From contig CAZXUJ010000004.1 in assembly GCA_964643995.1 (NCBI GenBank), forward strand, positions 8,606-72,605: a DNA stretch of 64,000 nt, in the 5' to 3' direction. Below are positions 27,679-36,413 of the stretch, piece after piece. The notes beneath the pieces are model-generated. The model was not told where the DNA came from and ran no database searches. It saw only the letters and a list, made by a program, of their open reading frames with translations. This DNA is from an uncultured Candidatus Saccharibacteria bacterium (GTDB lineage: Bacteria; Patescibacteriota; WWE3; UBA101185; UBA10185). Within the stretch, counting starts at the first letter, position 1; each line of letters starts with the position of its first letter. The position numbers were made by a program, and so were the translations under genes.

Positions 27679-28380
27679 TTAATATAACTGGGCGTATTTC
27701 ACTAATTTTTGGTAAAGCCCAACCCTATGGTCGGCCCCTACTGGGAATACAGCACAAGTAAACTTTTTTAGATGTTTTATAATCTGTGCAGCCATATAAT
27801 TTTCTCGTTTTTCGAACCACTCTTCATAATTCTTCCAATAAATAGCAAGATTTTTGTCTGCTGAATACTTTTCCAATATTGGAATGCACGTACCGATAGC
27901 TGTCGTGTGTTTTATTGTGATTAGTTTGTCCATGTCATTACTGTTAATTTCTCTTATGGTGCCCTTGTTTGCCATTTCCCGTTGTCGCTCAACTGTTGCA
28001 AAGTACAATTTCAACTTATCTCGCTCATCCTTCGTAGGTTTGGATGAAGTCAATATATTATGTAAAAATGAGAAGGCTTTTCCATACCCATCACTAGAGA
28101 TTTTCTTTGCGAATATCTTGCTTCTATTAGGTAAGTCTACGGGTATAACAGTACAAGTATGTTCTTGATGGTACCAATTAATTGCAGATCCCTCCTGCCC
28201 TTCAAGTTCCTCCCCAAAGGGTATACTCTTTTGCATTGTATTTTTGTGCATTTCTGGAGGTAACTCTTCAAAGATTACTTCAGGTCGAATTTGCTCTATC
28301 GCTTTGTAAAGGTCCAGCGCAGTATATCGCTGTGTGCTTTGATGAATTGTTCCTATAATTATCAGTTTTGTCATTTTCAC
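27679..28380 (-). CDS. TraB/PrgY/GumN/TIKI-family protein
   Basis: 233 aa. N-terminal IIGTIHQS (GTxH motif) and C-terminal VFPVGADHRVGL (GAxH motif), characteristic of the TraB/TIKI superfamily. Confidence 0.45.
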   Translation of the reverse strand: MKMTKLIIIGTIHQSTQRYTALDLYKAIEQIRPEVIFEELPPEMHKNTMQKSIPFGEELEGQEGSAINWYHQEHTCTVIPVDLPNRSKIFAKKISSDGYGKAFSFLHNILTSSKPTKDERDKLKLYFATVERQREMANKGTIREINSNDMDKLITIKHTTAIGTCIPILEKYSADKNLAIYWKNYEEWFEKRENYMAAQIIKHLKKFTCAVFPVGADHRVGLYQKLVKYAQLY

Positions 28381-28500
28381 GATTTCCTATATGCCTTTTA
28401 AAAGTTTTCCAATGGCGGAGGGCATGGGGCGATATTGGAAAATATCTATCCATGTATCCAATGAGTATTTTATCAAAAGAAAATATATTTAGAAAAAACT

Positions 28501-28545
28501 AAACCCCCTCTTGGTCAACTTGCTTTTTGTTAACCATTTGGGGGT
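28501..28545 (-). terminator. stem-loop (AAACCCCC…GGGGGTTT) plus U-run downstream of the small membrane gene
   Basis: 8-bp GC-rich inverted repeat with a long loop, followed on the minus strand by AGTTTTTTC. Confidence 0.3.
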
Positions 28546-28563
28546 TTTGGGCAGGGGGTTGTT

Positions 28564-28746
28564 TTAATCCTCTTTATCCTTGCCTTTGCTTTTCAGATAG
28601 AGGCTGAACAGATTCAGGAGGAAAGCAACAAACCAAAGCCCTGCGATTACCAGATTAAACACATTCTTTTCTGGGTTCATCATGTACAAACCAAAGTTCA
28701 TGATGACCAGAATGACATTCAAGATGACCAGAATGACTTTCAACAT
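28564..28746 (-). CDS. small two-TM membrane protein (hypothetical, holin-like size)
   Basis: 60 aa, two hydrophobic helices, K/D/E-rich C-terminus, followed by a terminator-like hairpin. Confidence 0.35.
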   Translation of the reverse strand: MLKVILVILNVILVIMNFGLYMMNPEKNVFNLVIAGLWFVAFLLNLFSLYLKSKGKDKED

Positions 28747-28981
28747 TTTCTCAGCTCCTTATTTAGATTGGCGCTTGGATTTAAGCGCAAGGATTACAGT
28801 TTTCTATACCCTATAGTATATTACAGGATAATAGATTTGTCAATGTAGATTAGTCTTTTCTACTTATAGGATAGGCACAGAGTATCATATTCTTCATATT
28901 TTGGCACTTCTTAAGACAACTATCCCACCACATTAAAAGAAAACAACCACGCCCAAAGGGTGTGGTAAAATTCCAAGTTTT

Positions 28982-29959
28982 GTGGTGGGGAGTTGGCGGA
29001 AATGCGCTGTTGCTTGTACAATGCTGATTAGGAAACTGCCCTACTCTAAACATATGTACCAAGAAAAGGCTAGTTTCTTAGATAAGTTAATAAACACTCT
29101 TTTATCCCCTTTTGACAGATTTATTTTCAAATCAAAGCATAATATTGGTGATGATAGTTACATGCAGATTTTGAATGGTGGAAAAGATATAACTAAACTT
29201 AGTGAAAAGTGGCTTAAATACTACTATTTACATATCCACTCAAAGCTATATGAAATTATGTGTGGCGTTTATGATGGTTATGATAACCAGCCAGATTATG
29301 TATTTGTCTCAGTAGATACTGAACTAGATGACTTATACCAAGAATTGTGGAATACATGGAGAGTAATTGATAGATACCCCTTTATTGACGCATTAAAACT
29401 TGGTCAATATAACTATTTCAAATCTCTAAATTATGACACTTCATATAGGGTTAAAATGTGGCGAGGAGTTAAAAAGGGATTTGTTGGAGATATTGAAAGT
29501 ATTGGAAAGGAATTATCACTAGAACCCCTACCAAATGACTTGAAACTAGCCTTTACAAAGATTGATAAACTGCTTTTAGAACATATAACCAAAAAGAATT
29601 TAGTACTTTTTGGCAACATCATAAAACACAAAAAAGTTACCCTAAACAAAGACCAAAATACAATAACAATTGAGGGTAGGAAGCCAATAAATATAACATC
29701 AAATGAGTTAAGGCTACTTAGGCTTATGCTAGAAAGTATTGATAGCACAGTTACATATAAACAAATAGCCGAAACCCTTAATATAACCGCATATTTTGGT
29801 AAAGTTGATAAAGCCTTAAAAGATAATATTCAACAAATCAAAAGGGATATTTTTGAGACACTGGTTTCCAATAATGTAGACAAAGCAACTGCAAATGAGA
29901 TAAGAGACTACTTAGAACCAGTAAGAAATACAGGCTATATAGTGCGCAGTAACAACTAA
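28982..29959 (+). CDS. element-encoded protein with a C-terminal OmpR/PhoB-like winged-helix DNA-binding domain
   Basis: 325 aa. C-terminal …TIEGRKPINITSNELRLLRLMLESIDSTVTYKQIAETL… resembles trans_reg_C. The N-terminal domain is unknown. The true start may be at a downstream Met (for example MYQEK…, about 29054). Confidence 0.4.
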   Translation: MVGSWRKCAVACTMLIRKLPYSKHMYQEKASFLDKLINTLLSPFDRFIFKSKHNIGDDSYMQILNGGKDITKLSEKWLKYYYLHIHSKLYEIMCGVYDGYDNQPDYVFVSVDTELDDLYQELWNTWRVIDRYPFIDALKLGQYNYFKSLNYDTSYRVKMWRGVKKGFVGDIESIGKELSLEPLPNDLKLAFTKIDKLLLEHITKKNLVLFGNIIKHKKVTLNKDQNTITIEGRKPINITSNELRLLRLMLESIDSTVTYKQIAETLNITAYFGKVDKALKDNIQQIKRDIFETLVSNNVDKATANEIRDYLEPVRNTGYIVRSNN

Positions 29960-30214
29960 ACACAAATTTCCCCATAAAATTCCCCATCATTTTCACATGT
30001 AAATAACTTGCTAAAAACCCTATTGTCAGCCCATGCAGGAAGCAAGTGGGCAGAAACTCAAGCCAAAAAAAGAACAACTAAACAAAATCAAAGAAGTCTT
30101 TAATCAAGATTACAACTTAAATCTTTCTGATAAAGAAGTTTTGGATTGCTATATCTCATTTTTCTACTTAGGCAGGGCAATTTTTAACTTCAACTTACAG
30201 AAAGGCAGTGCTAT

Positions 30215-31144
30215 ATGAAAAATGTGGTTAATCCCCATGGTCGCCAAAACGGCGGTAGCCGTGGCGACCATATTAAACTAGATAATACCGTTTTTTATGA
30301 CCGCAAAAAATTAAGGGGTGAAAAAGTGCTTCATAATGGCAAAACTTATGAAGTAAGTAGACTCAAAGTAATAAAATCCAAAGACACAATAGAAGTGTAT
30401 GACTATGAAAAGCCCGTTATCCTAAACCAGCCACATTTTAAGACCAAATTAGACAAGCCCTTGGATGAACTACCCCCTGAACTTAGGGCAAAGATTGAAA
30501 AGGAAAAGCAAAGCAGAAAAGCTGAATACAAAAAGCGAAGTGCAATAAACGCTATCAATAACATAAGGCGACTTGTTGATTGTAACTTTAACAGCAAAAG
30601 CAAATTTGTAACCCTAACTTTTGCAGATACAAACAAAATTGATATCAGGGATATTAAACAAACTCATGGGGTTTTTAAGCGATTTATTCAACGCCTTAAA
30701 ACATATTTTCCTAAACTTAAATATGTCGCGATTCCAGAGTTTCAAGACAAAAAGCAAAGGGGTGCAATTCATTACCACATGATTAGTAATCTTTTATATA
30801 CTCCAAATGAGACATTAGCCAAAATCTGGCGATATGGTTTTGTAAACATTAAATCCATTGAACATGTATCAAATATTGGTGCATATTTAGCAAAGTATCT
30901 CGCTAAAGATATTGATGATAATCGCTTTGGTAGTGCTAAAAAAGTATTAAGAAGTAAGTATCTTGAACACCCACAAGTGGAATACAGTAAAAACGCTTTA
31001 AAGATAATTAACAAATATAACTTAAGAAATCGCCAGCCAATTTATGTTAAAAAGTACAAAAGTGAAATGCATGGTGGTAATATATCCATAAGTTTGTTTG
31101 ATTTAAAAAACCCTATCCTGCCCACTAAGGATAGTAATGACTGA
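30215..31144 (+). CDS. rep: rolling-circle replication initiator (HUH endonuclease, pC194/Rep_1-like)
   Basis: 309 aa. Motif I FVTLTF, motif II AIHYHMIS (HUH), and motif III GAYLAKYLAKDIDD with the catalytic Tyr, matching the pC194-family pattern. Confidence 0.7.
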   Translation: MKNVVNPHGRQNGGSRGDHIKLDNTVFYDRKKLRGEKVLHNGKTYEVSRLKVIKSKDTIEVYDYEKPVILNQPHFKTKLDKPLDELPPELRAKIEKEKQSRKAEYKKRSAINAINNIRRLVDCNFNSKSKFVTLTFADTNKIDIRDIKQTHGVFKRFIQRLKTYFPKLKYVAIPEFQDKKQRGAIHYHMISNLLYTPNETLAKIWRYGFVNIKSIEHVSNIGAYLAKYLAKDIDDNRFGSAKKVLRSKYLEHPQVEYSKNALKIINKYNLRNRQPIYVKKYKSEMHGGNISISLFDLKNPILPTKDSND

Positions 31145-32666
31145 AAATAATCAACTTAAATATTTTATTTATACTAGAAAATCCTCTGATGAAGGCAATA
31201 AGCAAGTTCAATCTTTAGAGACTCAAGAAAGGCTTTGTTTTGAACTGGCTAAAAATAATAACTTAACTGTTGTTGATATTCTTAAAGAGTCAAAATCTGC
31301 TATGGATGATGGTAATAGACCAACTTTTGATTTGTTAATTTCAAGAATTAAATCAGGCGAAGCGGATGCATTAATTGTTGTTGATATTGATAGACTAGCA
31401 AGAAATCTTGTTGAAGCAGGATTTTTATACAAGTTAATGGAAACAGGGTTTATCAAAGAAATTAGAACTCTTAGCAAGAATTTTAATGCTGTATCAGACT
31501 TGTTTTACATGGGATTTGAGTTTTTGAGGGCAACACAATATTCAAGGGATTTATCAGTTAAAGTTAAGCGTGGTGTTCAAACTAAACTCTTAAATGGGGA
31601 ATATCCAAGTTATGCCCCTATTGGTTATGTAAATATTGATAGAAAGATTTATCCCGACCCTATCAGAAGTGTGTATATCAAAAAGGCTTATGAACTATAC
31701 GCCACAAATACTTATTCAGAAAAAGCACTTGCTAATATTCTTTTTGAAGATGGCTTTAGAACGCGTGTAGGAAATATAAAAGTTGTTAAGGCAGTAATTC
31801 ATAGAATATTAACTGACCCTGTATATCGTGGAGATATTAAACGCAGTGGAGTGATTTATGAGGGTATACATGAGGGAATTGTTAGCCGAGAACTGTTTGA
31901 ACGAGTACAAGCTGTTTTAAAGGGCAAGAATAGGGCTAAAAAGCGTACACATGACTTTTTGTATAGGGGTTATCTAACATGTGCTGTCTGTGGTTGTAAT
32001 ATTACTGCTACTCAAAAGGGAGATAAATACAAATATTATTACTGTACCAATGGCAAAGGACTGTGTAGTGAACACAAAGACTACTTAGATGAAACTGATA
32101 TACAAGACTTAGTAGCATCGTCTTTTACTGGCATTATCAAAGATAAAAAACTAGCTGATTTATCTTTAGAAACTTATGGCAAAGAACTGTTAGAACAAGG
32201 AGGAAACCAAATAACCATAAAACAAAACTTAGAAAGCCAACTTAAAAACATTGAAAACAAGCTTTCTAACTTACTAGACGCATTTATTGATAATTCCATT
32301 GATAAAACTACATATAACAACAAACAAAACACATTAAAGTCAGAAAAATTGCTTATCCAAGAACAACTCGCCAAGCTTCCAAAAGAAACCCCACAAACAA
32401 CTTTGGAAAAACTGAAAACCCTTAAAGAATACTGTTATGACTTGCCAAACATGTTTATTGAGGGTGAAGAACCAGTTAAATCTGATTTATTGAAATCTGT
32501 ACTTTGGAAAATATCTATTCAAAACAAACAAATAGCGTCAGTACAATATAATTTGCCCTATCAAAGACTGGCAGAAGCCTCTAAAAGTGGTGATTTTGAC
32601 AACTGGCGGAGAGGGAGGGATTCGAACCCTCGTGCGAGTTACCCCGCGCATAGTTTTCGAGACTAG
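31137..32666 (+). CDS. large serine recombinase (integrase)
   Basis: 509 aa. N-terminal resolvase catalytic domain (YTRKSSDEG… with the Ser nucleophile, …DIDRLARN…), a recombinase domain, a zinc-ribbon (CAVCGC…CTNGKGLC), and a coiled-coil C-terminus. The ORF reads 63 nt into the tRNA gene. Confidence 0.8.
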   Translation: MTENNQLKYFIYTRKSSDEGNKQVQSLETQERLCFELAKNNNLTVVDILKESKSAMDDGNRPTFDLLISRIKSGEADALIVVDIDRLARNLVEAGFLYKLMETGFIKEIRTLSKNFNAVSDLFYMGFEFLRATQYSRDLSVKVKRGVQTKLLNGEYPSYAPIGYVNIDRKIYPDPIRSVYIKKAYELYATNTYSEKALANILFEDGFRTRVGNIKVVKAVIHRILTDPVYRGDIKRSGVIYEGIHEGIVSRELFERVQAVLKGKNRAKKRTHDFLYRGYLTCAVCGCNITATQKGDKYKYYYCTNGKGLCSEHKDYLDETDIQDLVASSFTGIIKDKKLADLSLETYGKELLEQGGNQITIKQNLESQLKNIENKLSNLLDAFIDNSIDKTTYNNKQNTLKSEKLLIQEQLAKLPKETPQTTLEKLKTLKEYCYDLPNMFIEGEEPVKSDLLKSVLWKISIQNKQIASVQYNLPYQRLAEASKSGDFDNWRRGRDSNPRASYPAHSFRD

Positions 32667-32693
32667 CCAATTAGACCACTCTTGCACCTCTCC
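32604..32693 (-). tRNA. tRNA-Ser (anticodon CGA), type II with a long variable arm, CCA encoded
   Basis: Hand-folded: acceptor GGAGAGG/CCTCTCC, discriminator G plus CCA. D-stem CAA/TTG with a GG in the loop. Anticodon loop CTCGAAA. Variable arm TGCGCG…CTCGCA. T-arm GAGGG-TTCGAAT-CCCTC. Confidence 0.7.
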
Positions 32694-32725
32694 AGTTGGC
32701 AAACAGATTAAATCACCAAAAGTAC

Positions 32726-34429
32726 TTAATGGGAAGCTTTGATCGGGTGTAATTGTCCCAACGACAACCTATTCCTAAGGTACCTAATGTGTTTTGCACG
32801 TTCTAGAGAGAATTTTTCTGTGTCTTCGCCGTATTCTTTTGCAAATTCTGAGACTAGCTTTCCCCCAATGAGTTGTGGTAGGAGCACATATGACGCTCCA
32901 GCATCATACAGTGCCAGTGCATCATGTATTCTAAATGAAACTACAACAACAATAGAATCTTTGTTTATGCTTCTTACTTTGGTTAAAATTCCTAGGTTAG
33001 TTTCGTGGTCAGGGATTGTCGAATAAATCATTTTTGCTTCCCCAATGTTTATGTCATCCAAAAAGTTTACGTCTTCTGCATTCCCATAAACAACCTCTAA
33101 GCCCTGTCCTTTAAGCTTTGAAATTAAGCGAGGATCAAAATCTACAATTAAAAATTTTTCCTTCAGTTCTCGATAGTGTTCCAGGAAATCAAATGAACTT
33201 CTACTGCAACCAAACAGTATAACCTCATATGATCCAAGAAAAGCAAGTTCTTGTACAGCATTTTTTCTTTCCAAAAAGCTGATAAATCTTTCCATTTTTG
33301 ACCAAAGCGCATCTGCGCCCATTATTAGGTATGTTGACCCGGCTATGGTAATCAATCCCACAATCGTAATCATTGACACCACCGCACTATCTATGTGTCC
33401 CATTTCAAGACCTACTAAAATAAGAATTAACGAAAACTCGCTTATCTGTGCAACAGTCAGTCCCGACATGAATCCGGTTTTACTGTTGTACCCCAACGCC
33501 CCCATCAGAATAAAAACTATAAATGGGTTTCCAAACAGTACAAAGATAGAGAATATACCTGCGTGAGTCAGAATTGAGCTAAAATTGTCAAAAGTCATTT
33601 CAGAGCCGAGCAAAACAAAGAACATTATTATAAAAAACTCACGTAATGGTTTGAGCTTTGATTCTACATCTTTACCGTATGGGGAGACTGATAACGTTAC
33701 ACCTGCAACTAAAGCACCTATCTCAATAGAAAACCCAACATAGTGAAACAACCACGCCAAACCAAGCCCCCAGCCGATCGTGAATAAGAAAAGAAATTCT
33801 TGCGAACTTGCAAAAAAATCCTCAAGTTTCGGTAGTATATACTTACTTATTGCCCCAAAGATAAGCACCAATACAATTCCTTTTGCCAGCGTAACTAATA
33901 GAGTCAGGGCCAAAGTGTCGCTTTCTGCTAGAGAAGTTACCACAATCAAAATACCCATTGCGATCAAATCTTGCACTACCAAAAACCCTATTGAGATTCG
34001 GCCATAAAGTTTGTGTATATCTCGTTTCTCAGTCAAAAGTGTCAAAATAATGATGGTGCTACTGAAAGTTAGTGCTACTGCAATATACAAAGAACTGACA
34101 ACAGAATAATCCATGAAACGTGCAATAATGAAACCAAACAAGCTAGTGAAGAGTACCTGACCAATACCGGTTAGCAATGAGATTTTTCCGACTTCGCGTA
34201 TAACTACTGGACTCAATCCAATTCCAACTATGTATAAGAGAATAGCAATTCCAATTTTGGCGAAAGCCTCTATAGCCTCGTGCGCATGTGTAATATTAAA
34301 AAATTGTGGGCCTACCAAAAGTCCTGTGATAATATGCCCGAGTATTAAAGGTTGCTTGAGAAGACGCATTACACTTGCTGCAAGTGTCGCGATTACGATT
34401 ATTAAACTAATTTCAACAAATATTTCCAT
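32726..34429 (-). CDS. monovalent cation:proton antiporter-2 (CPA2/Kef-type) with a C-terminal RCK/TrkA-N domain
   Basis: 567 aa. About 12 TM helices, then a Rossmann-type RCK domain (…ILFGCSRSSFDFLEH…VVYGNAEDVNFL…). Confidence 0.7.
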   Translation of the reverse strand: MEIFVEISLIIVIATLAASVMRLLKQPLILGHIITGLLVGPQFFNITHAHEAIEAFAKIGIAILLYIVGIGLSPVVIREVGKISLLTGIGQVLFTSLFGFIIARFMDYSVVSSLYIAVALTFSSTIIILTLLTEKRDIHKLYGRISIGFLVVQDLIAMGILIVVTSLAESDTLALTLLVTLAKGIVLVLIFGAISKYILPKLEDFFASSQEFLFLFTIGWGLGLAWLFHYVGFSIEIGALVAGVTLSVSPYGKDVESKLKPLREFFIIMFFVLLGSEMTFDNFSSILTHAGIFSIFVLFGNPFIVFILMGALGYNSKTGFMSGLTVAQISEFSLILILVGLEMGHIDSAVVSMITIVGLITIAGSTYLIMGADALWSKMERFISFLERKNAVQELAFLGSYEVILFGCSRSSFDFLEHYRELKEKFLIVDFDPRLISKLKGQGLEVVYGNAEDVNFLDDINIGEAKMIYSTIPDHETNLGILTKVRSINKDSIVVVVSFRIHDALALYDAGASYVLLPQLIGGKLVSEFAKEYGEDTEKFSLERAKHIRYLRNRLSLGQLHPIKASH

Positions 34430-34543
34430 TGGGCAGACAGCAATCTATATATAAGTCTAGCAGTTTAAATTGATTTTGTTTATACAAAGGTATATTTTAT
34501 AGGGGATTGAACATCTGAGCATGCACAAAAAGGAGAGTGCACA

Positions 34544-34858
34544 ATGTATGCTTCCCATATCTTTTGGTTTTTTGTTGCAGTTGGTGGTATTGCTCTTTCG
34601 GTAAATAAACTGAAGTCACCTGTCGAGGTAAAGGTCATAATAGGCTGTATTGTAGCCTTATTTGGTCTGACAGCGGCGGATACCATCCTAAGTCATTTCA
34701 CCGTGGGGCACTTTATGTCACTCAATGGAATTGCCATTGCAGTAGGCGTTCTATGGATTTTTCGTAAGATTGGTCTGGCTTTTGCCGGGTGGTATATAGT
34801 TGCGCGTATTGCAGTTTTTTTAGTACTACTGGCATTGACTTGGGGTTTTGTATTTTGA
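34544..34858 (+). CDS. small 3-TM membrane protein (hypothetical)
   Basis: 104-aa hydrophobic ORF. Weak support. Confidence 0.3.
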   Translation: MYASHIFWFFVAVGGIALSVNKLKSPVEVKVIIGCIVALFGLTAADTILSHFTVGHFMSLNGIAIAVGVLWIFRKIGLAFAGWYIVARIAVFLVLLALTWGFVF

Positions 34859-34955
34859 AATCTTTTTGTTGGTGCCAAAAAAAGTTTGAGGGCGAAACAT
34901 TAAATCTAAATAAAAGATAGAATGTTTCACCCTCACTAGGTGTCAGGAAAATTCG

Positions 34956-35594
34956 TTATGCGTATTGTTCAGTCAGACGACCGTTACCTGCATTGCGCAT
35001 AAATAATCCCCAGACGATGTTTAACAGAACCAGCACTATTGCGGCGGCCATGGCGGAGGTTGGAATCAGTTCAGGCAACCCAAAGGGTGGTTGCAGGCTG
35101 ATCTGGCTCTGGGCATTGGGATTAAACCCATGTTCGCCAAAAAGCGCTTTGATAGCCGCTATGCCCGTTACTAGGACCAGTTTTCCCCCTGGGTCGTTGA
35201 CCCAGAAACATGGGGGTAAATGGCTTTTCCAGCGGGCGGGGCCAGTATACCCAATGCTAAAAAACGTCTGATCCGCTGGTGACAGTGAGAATACCGGGCA
35301 AACTTTGTATGATACAGCCATGCTCGTGGCTTGCCATGCCAGTTCGTGGTTACCCATGGTGTCATAACGGAATTGAATTTGTTCTGCTACCACTACACCG
35401 GTAGTGGTCCAGACTGAGATACTGCCCCACGGCTTCTCAAACAGCAGAGTGCCTGGGGGGAGGGCCGTATAGACCCGGTTGGTTTCGCCCTTAAAAGCGA
35501 TTTTGTACCAGGAGAAACCGGTTGTCGCCACCAACAGTATTACGTACAGGATCAAATTCAATTTGATCCAAAAGCCGATACCTCTCTTAAACAT
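34956..35594 (-). CDS. membrane protein (hypothetical) in a GC-rich islet
   Basis: 212 aa, N- and C-terminal TM helices with an extracytoplasmic domain between them. Local GC is clearly higher than the flanks. Confidence 0.4.
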   Translation of the reverse strand: MFKRGIGFWIKLNLILYVILLVATTGFSWYKIAFKGETNRVYTALPPGTLLFEKPWGSISVWTTTGVVVAEQIQFRYDTMGNHELAWQATSMAVSYKVCPVFSLSPADQTFFSIGYTGPARWKSHLPPCFWVNDPGGKLVLVTGIAAIKALFGEHGFNPNAQSQISLQPPFGLPELIPTSAMAAAIVLVLLNIVWGLFMRNAGNGRLTEQYA

Positions 35595-35813
35595 TGTATT
35601 ACCTCCGAAAATATTGTTGTTCCACGAAATCCGTGTAACCCTATAGTGTACAGCCTGTTTGCCAAATTAGCAACCACATAGGTCCTCAAAAAGCTGTCAT
35701 GAAAGGTTCCTTGCCTTGTATTTGTTTATTGATATCTTGAGGTAAATGGGTAGGTTGTGTAGTGTTATCACTTGAATGAAATTTGATTTAAATCTCAACC
35801 ACAACCCGTTGTT

Positions 35814-35993
35814 TTAGCTTTTTGCCTGTGTTTGGTTAACATGATTAGGGCAGTCCCCAAGGGTAACTTGCCACATTTTGCATGATCCGCACACAGGTGT
35901 TTTGCATTTACTACATCTGTTCAGAAGCTCTCCTCTGAATGTTCGACTACAATGGCCACACATGTGGCCGGAGCTGGTACTCTTTTTCGCCAT
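35814..35993 (-). CDS. small basic zinc-ribbon protein (paralog 1)
   Basis: ORF 35814-36068; the likely start is MAKKSTSSGHMCGHC… at 35993. Cys pattern CGHC-x11-CSKC-x4-CGSC-x9-CPN. Confidence 0.4.
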   Translation of the reverse strand: MAKKSTSSGHMCGHCSRTFRGELLNRCSKCKTPVCGSCKMWQVTLGDCPNHVNQTQAKS

Positions 35994-36154
35994 TGCTGGC
36001 CTCCTTTTATAAACTCTAACGGATAAGATAATCTCGGGTGATTCTATATTAAATAGTAGTTTTTGCAAAATTTTGAAAAGGTGTTGCGTGATCTATACAG
36101 ATCTAAATGAGAAAAAATAATTTGTTCTCAACCGCAACTAAACTTGTCTAAAAA

Positions 36155-36322
36155 TTATCCGTTGGGGCAAATTCCCAGAAGACTGGCCGCTTTGCACACT
36201 CCGCACACCACTTGGCCACACTTACGACAAGAATTACTTCCTCTAACGCCTTTGCCGCAGTGGCCGCATGTTTCAGAGCTTTCTTGTGACCTGCGTCGCC
36301 GCATCCATCTGGGTTGATTCAT
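36155..36322 (-). CDS. small basic zinc-ribbon protein (paralog 2)
   Basis: 55-aa ORF translated by hand: MNQPRWMRRRRSQESSETCGHCGKGVRGSNSCRKCGQVVCGVCKAASLLGICPNG. Same CGHC…CxKC…VCGxC…CPN pattern as the neighbour. Below the ORF-track cutoff. Confidence 0.4.
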   Translation of the reverse strand: MNQPRWMRRRRSQESSETCGHCGKGVRGSNSCRKCGQVVCGVCKAASLLGICPNG

Positions 36323-36413
36323 GTACAACATTGTTGACCTCCAAAAAAGTGATTTGTGAGTAAAACAACACTATTCTAGTACTTTTTATTGATTTTGCAA
36401 GTTTACAAGTTGT

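Larger units (their letters stand above)
28413..32693. mobile_element. about 4.3-kb integrative element inserted at the 3' end of tRNA-Ser: serine-recombinase integrase, rolling-circle Rep, winged-helix protein and a small membrane protein
   Basis: The recombinase gene abuts and overlaps the tRNA 3' end (32604-32666). A degenerate copy of the tRNA 3' end, TGGCGGAG-GGCATGGGG (versus TGGCGGAGAGGGAGGGA), lies at 28413-28429, 14/17 matching with one gap. The left boundary is tentative. Confidence 0.5.

Noticed and set aside
28850-29062. 70-aa minus-strand ORF overlapping the start of the winged-helix gene
   Set aside because: It overlaps the 5' end of a longer plus-strand ORF, has no SD or promoter context, and its product has no recognisable features.
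8940-32693. Hypothesis that the whole 24-kb block from dnaN to the tRNA is a single ICE
   Set aside because: Only 7 nt separate the dnaN stop from the virB4-like stop, leaving no room for an attachment site. No coupling protein or canonical relaxase is present. A shorter element bounded by a tRNA-derived repeat at about 28413 explains the Rep, recombinase and tRNA linkage more simply. It was kept as an alternative in the findings, not as a feature.
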